DNA of 49,437 nt from Girardia tigrina (taxonomy: Eukaryota). The stretch covers positions 1 to 49,437 of the forward strand of contig MQRK01230274.1 in assembly GCA_001938485.1 (NCBI GenBank). Reading direction: 5' to 3'. The position numbers and the translations under genes are program-made. Positions 14,088 through 25,190 of this stretch are shown here, one piece after another; position 1 is the first letter of the stretch; every line of letters starts with the position of its first letter. Under the pieces are notes generated by a model, which ran no database searches, had not been told where the DNA came from, and saw only the letters and a list, made by a program, of their open reading frames with translations.

Positions 14088-14785
14088 ATGATAAAAGGTT
14101 TGATCTATAGATCTTGGACACTTTCGTCTACGTACGCTAAAGGTAATGAAAGTATTGATAAGTTAATGAATTTACTTCATAAAAATGGATATTCCAAATC
14201 GATAGTTGAAAAATTAACTCGTGAAACTGTCGATAAATTCATTAAATCGGAAAATGAAAAATCAAATACAATAAATAGCGACAACTACAAAAATCAGATA
14301 AATAATAATTATGATAATGTTGGTTTTGTTTTGATTGTTCCCTACTCTGAGGGTTTCAGGAAATTCAAAAACTCTATTTTGAAACATAATGAAAATAATT
14401 TATTAAATTTAAAAATTGTATGTAGATCATGTAAAATAGGAAGTTTGTTTAGTAGTAAATCTATCACTCCAACTGGGTTATGTTCCAATTTAGTTTATCA
14501 ATATAAATGTAATGGATGTGACGCCACATACATCGGAGAGACTTGTCGTCATCTCTGTAAACGGATTCTGGAACATAATCACAGGGAAAGTGATAGCAAT
14601 ATGCTCAACATAAGAAGAACTGTTTGAAGAGTAAAGTTGATGTAAGTAATTTTAAGATTTTGAGTTCACAATTTGATAATTACTGGGAGAGGGTGATGTG
14701 TGAAGCATTGTTGATCAAATCTTTTGATCCTAAAATCAATGTCCAAACACCATCCTCTTCAACTTTATTGAAAGTATTTTCATGA
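14088..14785 (+). pseudogene. Penelope-like RT C-terminus + GIY-YIG endonuclease, frameshifted
   Basis: VY..C..C...YIGET.R.L..R..EH motif; frameshift near 14610. Confidence 0.9.
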
Positions 14786-14850
14786 TTTACATGACATAAT
14801 GATTACATAAACATTGCTTTGATATATATATATATATATATTGTTAATTC

Positions 14851-14880
14851 AGTCTAATGATGATGGTTGATCCGTCGAAG
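14851..14880 (+). ncRNA. Degenerate, truncated hammerhead relic, family 2
   Basis: CTAATGA-T-GAT-GGTTGATCC-GTC-GAAG just downstream of the Penelope stop codon and (TA)n. Confidence 0.5.
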
Positions 14881-14899
14881 TTAATAACAATATATTTTG

Positions 14900-15497
14900 A
14901 TGAAATTTTTTTGTTTTTTTAAAATAATATATTTAATAATTACCATTTTACCGAAATATGTATTTTTTGATTTTAAATTTATTATAATTATTAAGAAGAT
15001 TGAGACAATTATTGTTTGAAAATTTATTATTATAACATTTGAGTCCTCACAACTCTCGGAAGATCGTTTACAGTTTGACACGATTCTCTAATTGGTTTTT
15101 TATTTCTATATTTTTATAATGATTATTCGAACAACTTATCTAAATCTTTCTAAAATATTTAATATTCGAAACTATTTATTAAAATCAGTTATTTTAACCA
15201 TTTTGTTATAAGAACTCTAAATAATAAAAAATATATTATCAAATTGTAAAAAATAAATAGAAATTTAAATTTTATTAGTTTATTTTATATCTAGTTAAAT
15301 ACTTTTCTTTATTTTTCAAAAACATTTAAAGTTTATTTTAATTACTAATTTCAAAAATTTTAACTTATCAGATTATTATCATTTTGTTATTGTTATTTTA
15401 ATTATTTTCGAATAGTCAATCACTGTAAATACAAAAAATACCAATTTCCATCTCGGTGGGAGAAACACGATTTATTCCTCAACATATATTCCTCATA
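14900..15497 (-). repeat. TGTGAG-terminated family B, terminal fragment
   Basis: Ends ATTCCTCATA at 15497; motif CCATCTCGGTGGGAGAAACAC; ORF start MSNCKRSSESCEDSNV at 15081. Confidence 0.75.
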
Positions 15498-15679
15498 GTA
15501 ATATTTTTTAAGAATTTCGATTTTAAATATATCGAATGTTTTTTAAAAAAGATTCATCAATTTTTGTTAAATATTTTAAATTCAGTCGGAAGACTTAGTG
15601 AAAAGGTCAAAATAAAATAAACTACGTGCTAAAAATGTTTCAACGATCATTTTCCAAAAGCCTGAGTAATCTATTTGTT

Positions 15680-16550
15680 TACTTTTTATTTCAATAAGCA
15701 ATATGTATTTGTGTCAACCACCTTCTGCTATAAACAAAGAAGCAAATTCATGTTGCCTGAATATAAATCTAAATTTTGGGAAGCAAAAACTGATCCGATT
15801 CTATTTTGACATAATTATTATCATCTGTTGAGTGTTGGATAATCTGGGAATTGGGTAATGATCGAAAAATCTGTTTCAGAGATGATTAAGATACATGGCG
15901 AGTGTGATAAAATCTCAAAGCCAACTTTTTTCAACTTGCCACTGGACTTGTTTGTAATATACGGTCGTACATTATAGTGGAACAGTAGAATTTTCTTTCT
16001 ATTTGTCAAAGAAACTCATGTTTCTAGGAAGCTTTTGTTATCTATAGTACATCAATCAAAATTTCTTAGCTTCAAGAAATATCTATATGGTCTTTTCCCG
16101 TGAAATCCACAAAACTGACACCATAATCTTTCACTTAGAAATAATTGTCTTTGCAATTGTTCCTGGATTTGCCTGTGCTCAATGTAGTACCTTGATCTTC
16201 TGGAATTACGAATGGTATCACCCTTTTTATCACAGATTACAATTGGATCAACGAAAGGATCACTGACTACTCGGACAAGTAAACAATTTCAGAATGCGAA
16301 ATGAATCAATGTGTTGTCTTTTATTGAAAATGTTTCGTAGACATTAATCAACCTTTAGTGTAAACAATGTCAAATAAATGTTTCCTTATACTTTCCAATT
16401 TATTTACAAGTTGCATGTGGATTTTTATCCAAAAACGTAATAATATCTTATTTTTCATATAAAAATGACCCCTGAGCATGATTCGTTTTATAGGCTTTTA
16501 TTTCTTTATTTAAAACGACGAAACCCAAAACATGCCACTTGATCTGTTAC
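15680..16550 (-). mobile_element. Decayed mariner transposase
   Basis: PIVICDKKG (cf. RIVTCDEKW) ~16230; LLFHYNVRPY..GFEILSHSP (cf. LHDNARPH..GWEVLPHPPYSP) ~15900-15990; TIRs not identified. Confidence 0.8.
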
Positions 16551-16810
16551 AGTGTCTTCACTAAAAGCATTTTGAATTTCGTTATAAATTTAGAGATTTA
16601 TTTAAAAATTGTTTTTTTATTCATAAAGTAAAAGAGTTCGAACCTGAAAACTTTAATACGCCATTGAAGATGAAATATACTCAATAATGAAATTGTGCTT
16701 TGATTGAAACATTTTTTTATTAAAACAAGCAAGACACACGTTATCGGAAAATACAAATAAAGTTTAAAGTAAATTATTATGATTTCAATTTTTAATAGTG
16801 TAAAAAAATG

Positions 16811-16890
16811 ACCGCAGTTGGCTACACCGGATTTCGTCCGATCTCCGAAGTTAAACAAGCAAGGACCGCGTAAGTATTTATACAAAGGTG
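16811..16890 (+). pseudogene. 5S rRNA-derived segment (pseudogene or SINE/LINE head)
   Basis: ACACCGGATTTCGTCCGATCTCCGAAGTTAAACAAGCAAGGACCGCGTAAGTATT matches the metazoan 5S core (ACACCGGTTCTCGTCCGATCACCGAAGTTAAGCA...GTTAGTACTT); box A recognisable, box C decayed. Confidence 0.8.
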
Positions 16891-18429
16891 AATATAGGTC
16901 AGGTCAGGTAAACTGTCTGCTACAGGTACCATGTAAACCTGTAATACTTGTCCCATGGTTGAATGGGTGGCGACTAAACCTACTCCCTCACCCAGAGAAA
17001 CCTGGGTGAAGAGGGTGTACGGACACCTGACAGGATGAAAAACAAAACATAGCAAAGGGCGGATGAACTCCTCGGAGCTATCGGCCATTCATGCACGGAG
17101 AGGAGATAGGCGCCACCAGATAACTTGTCTACTGAGACACTCAAAAATATGTAGTGTGAAACGTAGATAGAAAACGTTAATTTCCTTTTGCTGCTTCTGA
17201 TATTTAAATTCTTAAACAATTTCAAGCTTCAATTCTATAATTGATCAAGTAACATGATACTCTAACAAACAACCACAACAGTAGCAATTACTTGAGGAAC
17301 GCTATCTAAAATTTATCAAGATTAAGATGAAACCTTATAAAAAGCAATAATGACCGATAATAAATCTTCTGAAGCAATATATTCGCAAACAATTTACTTC
17401 TTACCATTAATTCTAGCCGACACTTGTAATTGTATTTTGAGTTATTTTAGAAAGAAATGATCAAACTTTCGTTGCGAACTGAAGCGGTACAAGATTCCAA
17501 AGCAAAGAAAAAGCTCTACACAATTGAAAAACAAACAAGATTAAAGAGATGTGTACGTCAAATGAAAGACGATTCAATTTGATATTCCATAAAGATGGTT
17601 ACATCCGTTTCGTATATTTTTTTGTTCTTAATATTCAAAAGAACGCCAATTCAATGGGTTCGCTCAATTTTGTCTGGTAAATGTCAAATCCTAAAGAAAA
17701 AAATTTTTTAAAAGAAATAAATTCCAAAGAAAAAATTCTTAAATGAAGCTAATTCCAAATAAACTGCGTAATAAAAATATTATAACTATAAAATTAATAT
17801 TGCTATTATATTAATTGCTTATTGTTGTAAATAAAATTATTTTCCCGTTCGACTAATATAACTCTCATGAGATGGAAGAAATACACCAATTATTCATCCA
17901 AAATAGTGTTTTAATTATTTGCCTCAGTGTTAACATAATTATATAAATAAACAAATAAATTGATTTGACAGCGACAAAATTCTTAAAATGTTAATATACC
18001 AAGGAAATTTCGATACAAACATGATTAAGGACTGAAGTAATTTTCTTGTTGTAATAGTTAAAAATTACCGGAAAATTGGTTAAAACAGATAAAATAATTA
18101 TTTCTTATTAAACATTAGTTTAGCAGTCATTGAAAGATGGGCCTGTGATCATTATGTAACAGATCTTTAGATCCTAAGAATTAATGTGCAAACGGGTCTC
18201 TCGACAACCTTGTTCAGCGTTTGTAGACCACACAACTATTCATTGATTACACAATCACTGCTTGCCTATATAAGCAAAATTCCAATTCATTTTTTTTATT
18301 TTATACGTCAATAAAAATAAAAAATATTTCGTTAAATGGTTTGTTTAGGTTTTAAAAACTAAATCGACACAATTTTATTATTTGAATGTATAAAGTTACT
18401 TTGTGTTCGATAATTATTTGTGAAATATA

Positions 18430-18730
18430 AAACAATATTCATCCATTTAAAATAAATATTTATTGACAATATATTTCGACGGATCTACTGTCATCTTCAG
18501 GTTACTGATTAATAATTTAATTCCCCTGTAGATAATACAAAAACAATGATTATGTTACCGATTGCATAAAATCACGCTTATCAATAATTCTCAATAAGCT
18601 GGTTGTGACTGTATATTGAACATTAATTTAAAGCCAATGTGACATAGTTAACAATGCTTCATACTACACTCTCTCCAAACAACTATCGAAATACTTACTC
18701 AGAATTATCATATTTTTAATGTTTAACTTT
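18430..18730 (-). mobile_element. Penelope-like 3' end/pLTR fragment
   Basis: Minus-strand ILSKYFDSCLERV*YEALL....INVQ matches the C-terminus at 14660-14750; followed by a hammerhead. Confidence 0.8.
18464..18504 (-). ncRNA. Minimal hammerhead ribozyme, family 2
   Basis: TAAC-CTGAAGA-T-GAC-AGTAGATCC-GTC-GAAA-TATA-TT-GTCA; stem II GAC/GTC; palindromic AATATATT stem III. Confidence 0.8.
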
Positions 18731-19186
18731 AAAAATTAATCAAAATTTTTAGAATTATCGAGGATTTAAAAAATAAAGATTGGCAAATTGATTATTAAAT
18801 TTACAAAGGAAAGTGAAAAGTTTTTTGAATTTCATTTATAAGAAAAATCATTAATTGTGTTATTTATTACTTCAAATATTAATGCAACTAACAGTATATT
18901 AAATTAATAATAAGATATCTAGTATTTTATGTTTTTACTTTTTATGATAGAGTCTACTAAGCGAATAAAAAATAAATAATCAAAGTTATATTATATATTT
19001 TATCATTGTTAGTTGTTTTGGTGAGTTCATAAAATTTTAAAATTTAAAATCTAATCAATTTAACAATGAAATAATTACATTTCTGAATGTCGATCTATAG
19101 ATTATATTAAAATAAGATTTTCATAAAATAGCGTTAAAATTTAATTTATATAACAATAAATTCTAAAGTAGATTTTTAAGGTTTAA

Positions 19187-19436
19187 GGACCGTCCATAAA
19201 TGAAGTCACGTAAGAAATGGGGACGAAAACAGAATTTTGTGACGAGTTGTGACGTGCGGGGCAGGGGGTCTTGGAAATGTGACGTCAAATCGAAATGCTG
19301 ATGTATTTAGTGAAATAATTCTGCGACGATGTGTAACGAGAGGGGGAGGGGATCAGGCTTTTTGTGACAAAATGTGACGAGGGGCAAGGGGGTGGAAATC
19401 TGCTAAAATTGCGTGACGTCATTTATGGACAGCCCC
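19187..19436. mobile_element. 250-bp GC-richer MITE
   Basis: TIRs GGACCGTCCATAAATGAAGTCACG / CGTGACGTCATTTATGGACAGCCCC, TTAA on both flanks, internal TGTGAC(G) repeats; superfamily (Harbinger-like TWA target vs TTAA-specific) unresolved. Confidence 0.9.
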
Positions 19437-19899
19437 TTAACACAAAATCCATAAACAGATTTATTAATAAAGTAAATTTTTAATTCTATATAAAACGTCA
19501 TATTTAAAATTTGAAAAGATAATAAACTTACAAATTATTTTGTAACTTTAATCTAAATATAAAACCAATCAAACATCATATGAATTCATAAATTTTAAAA
19601 TTAAAATATAATTGTTTGGAGACAAAATGCAAATGTAATTTTTATTTTATTTTTGTGAAAATGTAATTTTATTGAAATGAAAATGTACGTTACAATGGTA
19701 GTTAAAAGGTAATTGTGTTCAAATGTGAATAATAATAAAAATAAAATTTAATAAAAGACCTTTATAATTTTAAAGACGATTATAAATTAAAATTCGTAAT
19801 TTTATAAAATAACAAAATTAGAATTTATATTTATTTTTATTTATAATGGTTTGTGTAAAGAATAGGAAGTGCTTAAATTCCTCAAAAATATTTGTTTGA

Positions 19900-20429
19900 A
19901 AAATCGTTAATGTGATATAAATAAAATTTTGTGTCATGAGTATTAAGAACATTTAAACAAGTCTCGTTTAAATCTTTATTGCAATTACATTTAGAGTCAT
20001 TATGACTCTCAGAAAGTCTTTCATCGTTTGTCATCATTCTAATTAGTTTTCTTATTTCTGTTTATAATCATGATTATTCGAACAATTTATCTAAATTATT
20101 TTTTTAAATATTTAACCTCTAAAAAAATATTAATTAAAAAATATTAATTTTTACCATTTTTAATAAATCCCAAAATAATAAAAATGACATCAAATTATTA
20201 AAAATGCATTTAATTTAAATTTTACTAAAAATTATTAAACTTAATTTGAATTCTGAAATTAAAGATATGAACTTATAAAATGATTATTTTAATTATCTTC
20301 GAAAAGTCAATGACTTTAAACTTAATAAAAAAATACCAATTTCCATCTGGGTGGGAGAATCACCATTCTAAATTCAACATACAGCTTCAATACATTCACA
20401 CATTCAAACAATTTAAAATATTCCTCACA
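19900..20429 (-). repeat. TGTGAG-terminated family B, terminal fragment
   Basis: Ends ATTCCTCACA at 20429; motif CCATCTGGGTGGGAGAATCAC; ORF start MMTNDERLSESHNDSKC at 20037. Confidence 0.8.
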
Positions 20430-20549
20430 ATGAACTTGAATTCTGAATTCGAACCCAATAATCATTATTTGTCGCAATTTGTTGATTATTGTAAATTAAG
20501 GGAAAATGTGTGTGGAAGTTCTAGAAGATTAAAGATATTGATATCAGGA

Positions 20550-21060
20550 AGTATACGTATTCATTATTGATCTTGAGAAAAAGTTTGACAGTGTTCGTGA
20601 AGAACTGGGAATTACTGAAAAGGTACTCGATTTGATCAAACATGTTCAAGAAGGATTTACAGCATCTCTCGGAATAAGTGAGTTTTAGAAACATTGATGC
20701 ACTAAACTTTGTTTATTCAAAATTGCATTTGATAAAATGAAAAACAATGCTGTTTCATAAATTTGCTGGCGGAGTTTAGCTGACAGAGCACGAAATATAT
20801 AATTATCAAATCAATTGATTAGCATATGCTGATGACCTCTGTAACTGATGATAATTGCTGATGATATATCGCGAAAAATCCTGAGATACTAGATTCACAT
20901 TTTTTTATTTTGGACTGAAAATAAATAAAAATAAGTCCAAAATTATGTAGATTATGGTTTATTCAAAAAAATATCACTAAAAAATAAAATAGTGAGGTGA
21001 ATATATTGTAGAATGGCTAAATAAATATTAAAGGTATCTTGGAAGTATATTGATATCTAC
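20550..21060 (+). mobile_element. Decayed non-LTR retrotransposon reverse transcriptase
   Basis: Ordered motifs FIIDLEKKFDSVR (20560), LAYADDL (20819), FGLKINKNKSKIM (~20909), RYLGS (~21032). Confidence 0.8.
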
Positions 21061-21813
21061 AATGTTTTATGTGTTATTTGCGTAAACAGGGATTTGCAAC
21101 CAGTATTACAAAGTTTTTTCGTTCATATCGTACTAAAGACTAACCGAAAAGAGTCTAATATAAAACTGATAATTTATTATGGGTAACTACCAAATGGATA
21201 TGACCTTATTAGAAGTCTTTCTAAATAACTACATAAACGTACATCATGATATATTAGAGTTACTTAGATCTAATGGAGATTTAGAAGAGTTTAAAAAGAC
21301 TTTATTTTGAAACAGTGGTGGATTCAAACAGCATCCTAAATGTTTTAAATGGAAAAGAATACATGATATATAAGAGCACAATATTACTTATCTGAACATG
21401 CTACAAATGCGTGAAGCTTTGATTGCTTGTGCCATCCTATTGTATTTTAAAATAATGTGAAGAGCAAAAAAAACTGAAAGCATGAGACAAAATACACTAA
21501 TGCCCTTGTGAGGAATGTTTTGAATTGTGTGTTGATATTGTGCACGTTTTATGTTGATTCGGAATGTGCCTCTCCTACACAGATGGATGATTGGTATTTT
21601 CTTTGATTCTTACTAATTAAAAATAATTTAATTTTAAAGTAAAAAGATTTAAAAGAATTTTTGAATGTAATATTTAATTTTTCATGTAATTTAAAATTTT
21701 AATACATTAATTTAATATGTACTTCTTAAAAATGTTTAAAATTAATTTTAACCAATTACAATCTTTATAATTAATAATTTTTAATAAATGTTTTTCATTT
21801 ATTGAAAAAAATA

Positions 21814-22998
21814 TTAGGTTGTTCGATATGAAACGGGTCAAACTTCACACCTTACATTTCAATCGCGTATAACTTAACTTTGAACTATCGTATGAAAATA
21901 AATAAGGTATTTCTTGACAGATANNNNNNNNNNNNNNNNNNNNNNNNNNNNNNNNNNNNNNNNNNNNNNNNNNNNNNNNNNNNNNNNNNNNNNNNNNNNN
22001 NNNNNNNNNNNNNNNNNNNNNNNNNNNNNNNNNNNNNNNNNNNNNNNNNNNNNNNNNNNNNNNNNNNNNNNNNNNNNNNNNNNNNNNNNNNNNNNNNNNN
22101 NNNNNNNNNNNNNNNNNNNNNNNNNNNNNNNNNNNNNNNNNNNNNNNNNNNNNNNNNNNNNNNNNNNNNNNNNNNNNNNNNNNNNNNNNNNNNNNNNNNN
22201 NNNNNNNNNNNNNNNNNNNNNNNNNNNNNNNNNNNNNNNNNNNNNNNNNNNNNNNNNNNNNNNNNNNNNNNNNNNNNNNNNNNNNNNNNNNNNNNNNNNN
22301 NNNNNNNNNNNNNNNNNNNNNNNNNNNNNNNNNNNNNNNNNNNNNNNNNNNNNNNNNNNNNNNNNNNNNNNNNNNNNNNNNNNNNNNNNNNNNNNNNNNN
22401 NNNNNNNNNNNNNNNNNNNNNNNNNNNNNNNNNNNNNNNNNNNNNNNNNNNNNNNNNNNNNNNNNNNNNNNNNNNNNNNNNNNNNNNNNNNNNNNNNNNN
22501 NNNNNNNNNNNNNNNNNNNNNNNNNNNNNNNNNNNNNNNNNNNNNNNNNNNNNNNNNNNNNNNNNNNNNNNNNNNNNNNNNNNNNNNNNNNNNNNNNNNN
22601 NNNNNNNNNNNNNNNNNNNNNNNNNNNNNNNNNNNNNNNNNNNNNNNNNNNNNNNNNNNNNNNNNNNNNNNNNNNNNNNNNNNNNNNNNNNNNNNNNNNN
22701 NNNNNNNNNNNNNNNNNNNNNNNNNNNNNNNNNNNNNNNNNNNNNNNNNNNNNNNNNNNNNNNNNNNNNNNNNNNNNNNNNNNNNNNNNNNNNNNNNNNN
22801 NNNNNNNNNNNNNNNNNNNNNNNNNNNNNNNNNNNNNNNNNNNNNNNNNNNNNNNNNNNNNNNNNNNNNNNNNNNNNNNNNNNNNNGTGTGTTGACAACA
22901 TGGGGGGATATTTTGATTAAAAATAAAATGTTATTATTTAAAAAAAATCGATTTACATTTTACTTTAATTTTGACCCGTTTCATATCGAACAACCTAA
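21814..22998 (+). mobile_element. Young mariner element, interior unassembled
   Basis: Perfect 29-bp TIRs TTAGGTTGTTCGATATGAAACGGGTCAAA, TA TSD, transposase C-terminus CVDNMGGYFD* right after the N gap 21923-22886. Confidence 0.92.
21923..22886. other. Assembly gap (further gaps at 13425-13474 and 29390-29439)
   Basis: Runs of N. Confidence 1.
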
Positions 22999-23109
22999 TA
23001 GTATGAATTTAAAAATATATTAATCAAGAAAAATGTCAAATAGTGTAGGCAATTGTGATGCTAATAAATGTTAAAAAAACTCATATTTATGTTGTTAATA
23101 ACCCTATTT

Positions 23110-23637
23110 ATAATGGAATTCAGAGTTTAAAAAATAGGCGGTTAATGAAGCAATTGAATGTAGATCATAGGACAAGAATGTAGGACTACAGAGAGAAGAA
23201 CACTTCAATATAACTCCATTATTAAGAACACCAATTTGAGTTTTCATATTTTTATTTAAACAACAATTTTGATTGTCAAAGCTTTCGTAAGATTGCATTC
23301 TAAACTAAATTGATTAATAAATTAATTCTTATTATTTTTTTAGCCAATGGAGAAATAAATATTTTATTAAAATATTTACTCAAAACTTATTGGATAATAA
23401 TTAAAATGATAATGAATTATTTAAAAAAATATTAATTTGATTTATTTATTAAAAAATGTAAAAAGTAATTAACTTATTTAAAATTGTAAAATTATTTGAA
23501 TTAAAAATAAATTTAAACATAACATATTTTCAGATAATAATAATTAAAATATCCTCCATCTGGGTAGGAGAGGCACAATTCCAAATCAGCATACACATTC
23601 AAACACAAAACATCAAACATTCAAAATATTACTCACA
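23110..23637 (-). repeat. TGTGAG-terminated family B, terminal fragment
   Basis: Ends ATTACTCACA at 23637; motif CCATCTGGGTAGGAGAGGCACA; ORF MQSYESFDNQNCCLNK..IGVLNN at 23298. Confidence 0.8.
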
Positions 23638-24169
23638 TCCATAAATAAAGATTGATTAGCAATGAATATATCTGGTAAAGTGAAAGCTTTTTGGGTGTCA
23701 CACATGAAATGGAGAGATGCACGTTCATTTTCTTTTCCTTATTAGTTAAAAAATTAAAAAATATTTTTATTCGCATATTAAAATGTTGCTGAATCATCAT
23801 TCATATGCAGTATATGAAAATAATTGAAAAAGAGAAATATATTGAATGAAAGAAAGTAATTAAAAATAAACCGTTTTATCATTTAATGATAATCGCAATT
23901 ACCTAAAACATGATATTAAGTTTCGAGTTTTAACTTTCCTTATTGTTATTATTTATCACTTTTACTAAATTTCAATACCACTTGCAACACCTCTTTACTT
24001 AATCTCCCATTTCCTCAACGGATGGTGCGATTTGTTACCCTGTTTTTCCGAGTTCATGTCATTTCGGCATCGATATAGGTAATCTTCTTAAGGATGCTCA
24101 TTCTTTCTGTTTGTTTGGGGTGGTTTTCAAAACTGTCAGCATCAAATGAATTCTTGGTATTATCAAAAG

Positions 24170-24420
24170 TTTGTTGTTCAAGAATTAAATCCGATACAGA
24201 CAAATATTATAATTAATTGCCTTTAAAAAATACTAGAAAGCTCAAATCGAAGCGACTTAATGGAAGACTGAGAGTGGTGTTGTTTGTTGTTATCGATTCA
24301 GTAACATCATACTTGCCTTTTGGATTTTTTGCCACTAAAACTGTCCATTATGTTTTTAAAATATCCACAATTCCAGGTTTGCCAACACTAATGGTTTGAT
24401 GTGCCATTGCTTTATGATTA
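24170..24420 (-). pseudogene. MCM9: MCM-family helicase (MCM9-like) AAA+ fragment with in-frame stops
   Basis: One frame reads HKAMAHQTISVGKPGIVDILKT*WTVLVAKNPKGKYDVTESITTNNTTLSLPLSRFDL..N*L*YLSVSDLILE, colinear with MCM9 HEAMEQQTISVAKAG....LNTR..ILAA.NPKG.YD.......PLLSRFDL. Confidence 0.82.
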
Positions 24421-24659
24421 GGTACTCTACCACAGCGAGCCATTTTCACCGTCAAATTACATAAAAATTCGTCTACTGATTCCGAATATGAATTGTCGAT
24501 ATTAACCACTTTAGAACAAATCACAAACATTTTTATATATCAATACAAATACATTTTTTAGCAAAAAAAACACTCTTTATCGAAATGAACACTTCATTTA
24601 TTATTTTATTTTTATTTAAAATCTCAATCCAGAACAATATTAGTAATAATAATAATAAT

Positions 24660-25157
24660 TGCGAGAAGTGGTTGCAACATCAATATCAGAATTCATTATT
24701 TTTAACACCAAAATTTATTAAATGATCAAAAATTCACATACTTAAACAAATTTTTATGTTAATTCAATTATCTCGCCATAAATTAATCTATTAAATTCTT
24801 TTCCATTCAATTTTTTAAATCTTGCAAATTTATTAAATAATTTTCACATTAGAAACTAAAAATTTATTTTTAAATTTATTCAAAATCTTGAAAATTTATT
24901 AAAATAATTTTCACATTAAAACTAAAAAAAATATTTTAACATTTATTTAAAATTGTTTCATACTTCTATTAAAATATATAAATTGTTATGACTGTAAAAA
25001 TATTTTTATTTATAAATAAATATTTAATATTTAATGGTTTTCTTATCATTTTTAATTTTAAGATATTTAATAGATACATTAAAAAGATATTTTTTTACTT
25101 TTAAATTAAAAAAATAATAAATTATTCTGGGGAGATACAAATTTAAATTAACCCCTC

Positions 25158-25160
<3 letters not shown>
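24660..25160 (+). repeat. TGTGAG family A, complete short copy
   Basis: TGCGAGAAGTGGTTGCAAC...AAATTAACCCCTCATA, flanked by ATAAT on both sides (within AAT-rich sequence). Confidence 0.85.

Positions 25161-25190
<30 letters not shown>

Larger units (their letters stand above)
12935..14880 (+). mobile_element. Penelope-like element (pLTR - deleted ORF - pLTR); upstream pLTR interrupted by another insertion
   Basis: RT-thumb relic FETGIYRKKTG (~14008); ORF 14088-14627 with NLVYQYKCNGCDATYIGETCRHLCKRILEH (GIY-YIG), continuing by frameshift to CEALLIKSFDPKINVQ; hammerhead-like motifs at 13540 and 14851; 12946-13010 and 13506-13640 are contiguous in the copy at 18430-18610(-). Confidence 0.85.
21507..23110 (+). 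repeat. TGTGAG-terminated family B copy split by a mariner
   Basis: Starts TGTGAGGAATG; similarity to the 9630-10060 copy stops at 21811 and resumes at 23001. Confidence 0.85.

Noticed and set aside
16900-17125. HDV-like ribozyme in the putative LINE leader
   Set aside because: TCCTCG is present at ~17069 but I could not build the P1/P2/P3 nested pseudoknot
20829-20870. Three CTGATGA words suggesting hammerheads
   Set aside because: The first encodes the YADD motif of the LINE RT; no stem II/GAAA architecture follows
21880-23023. Three long ORFs (338-369 aa) in the ORF track
   Set aside because: Artefacts of translating through the N gap
21507-23637. Two facing family-B ends as one composite TIR element
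   Set aside because: The ends belong to different subfamilies and the flanks (GCCCT vs TCCAT) are not a convincing TSD
24170-24420. TAA reassignment (alternative genetic code) explaining the MCM stops
   Set aside because: The TAAs align to different residues (R, E, W) and neighbouring conserved residues are also mutated, which fits decay
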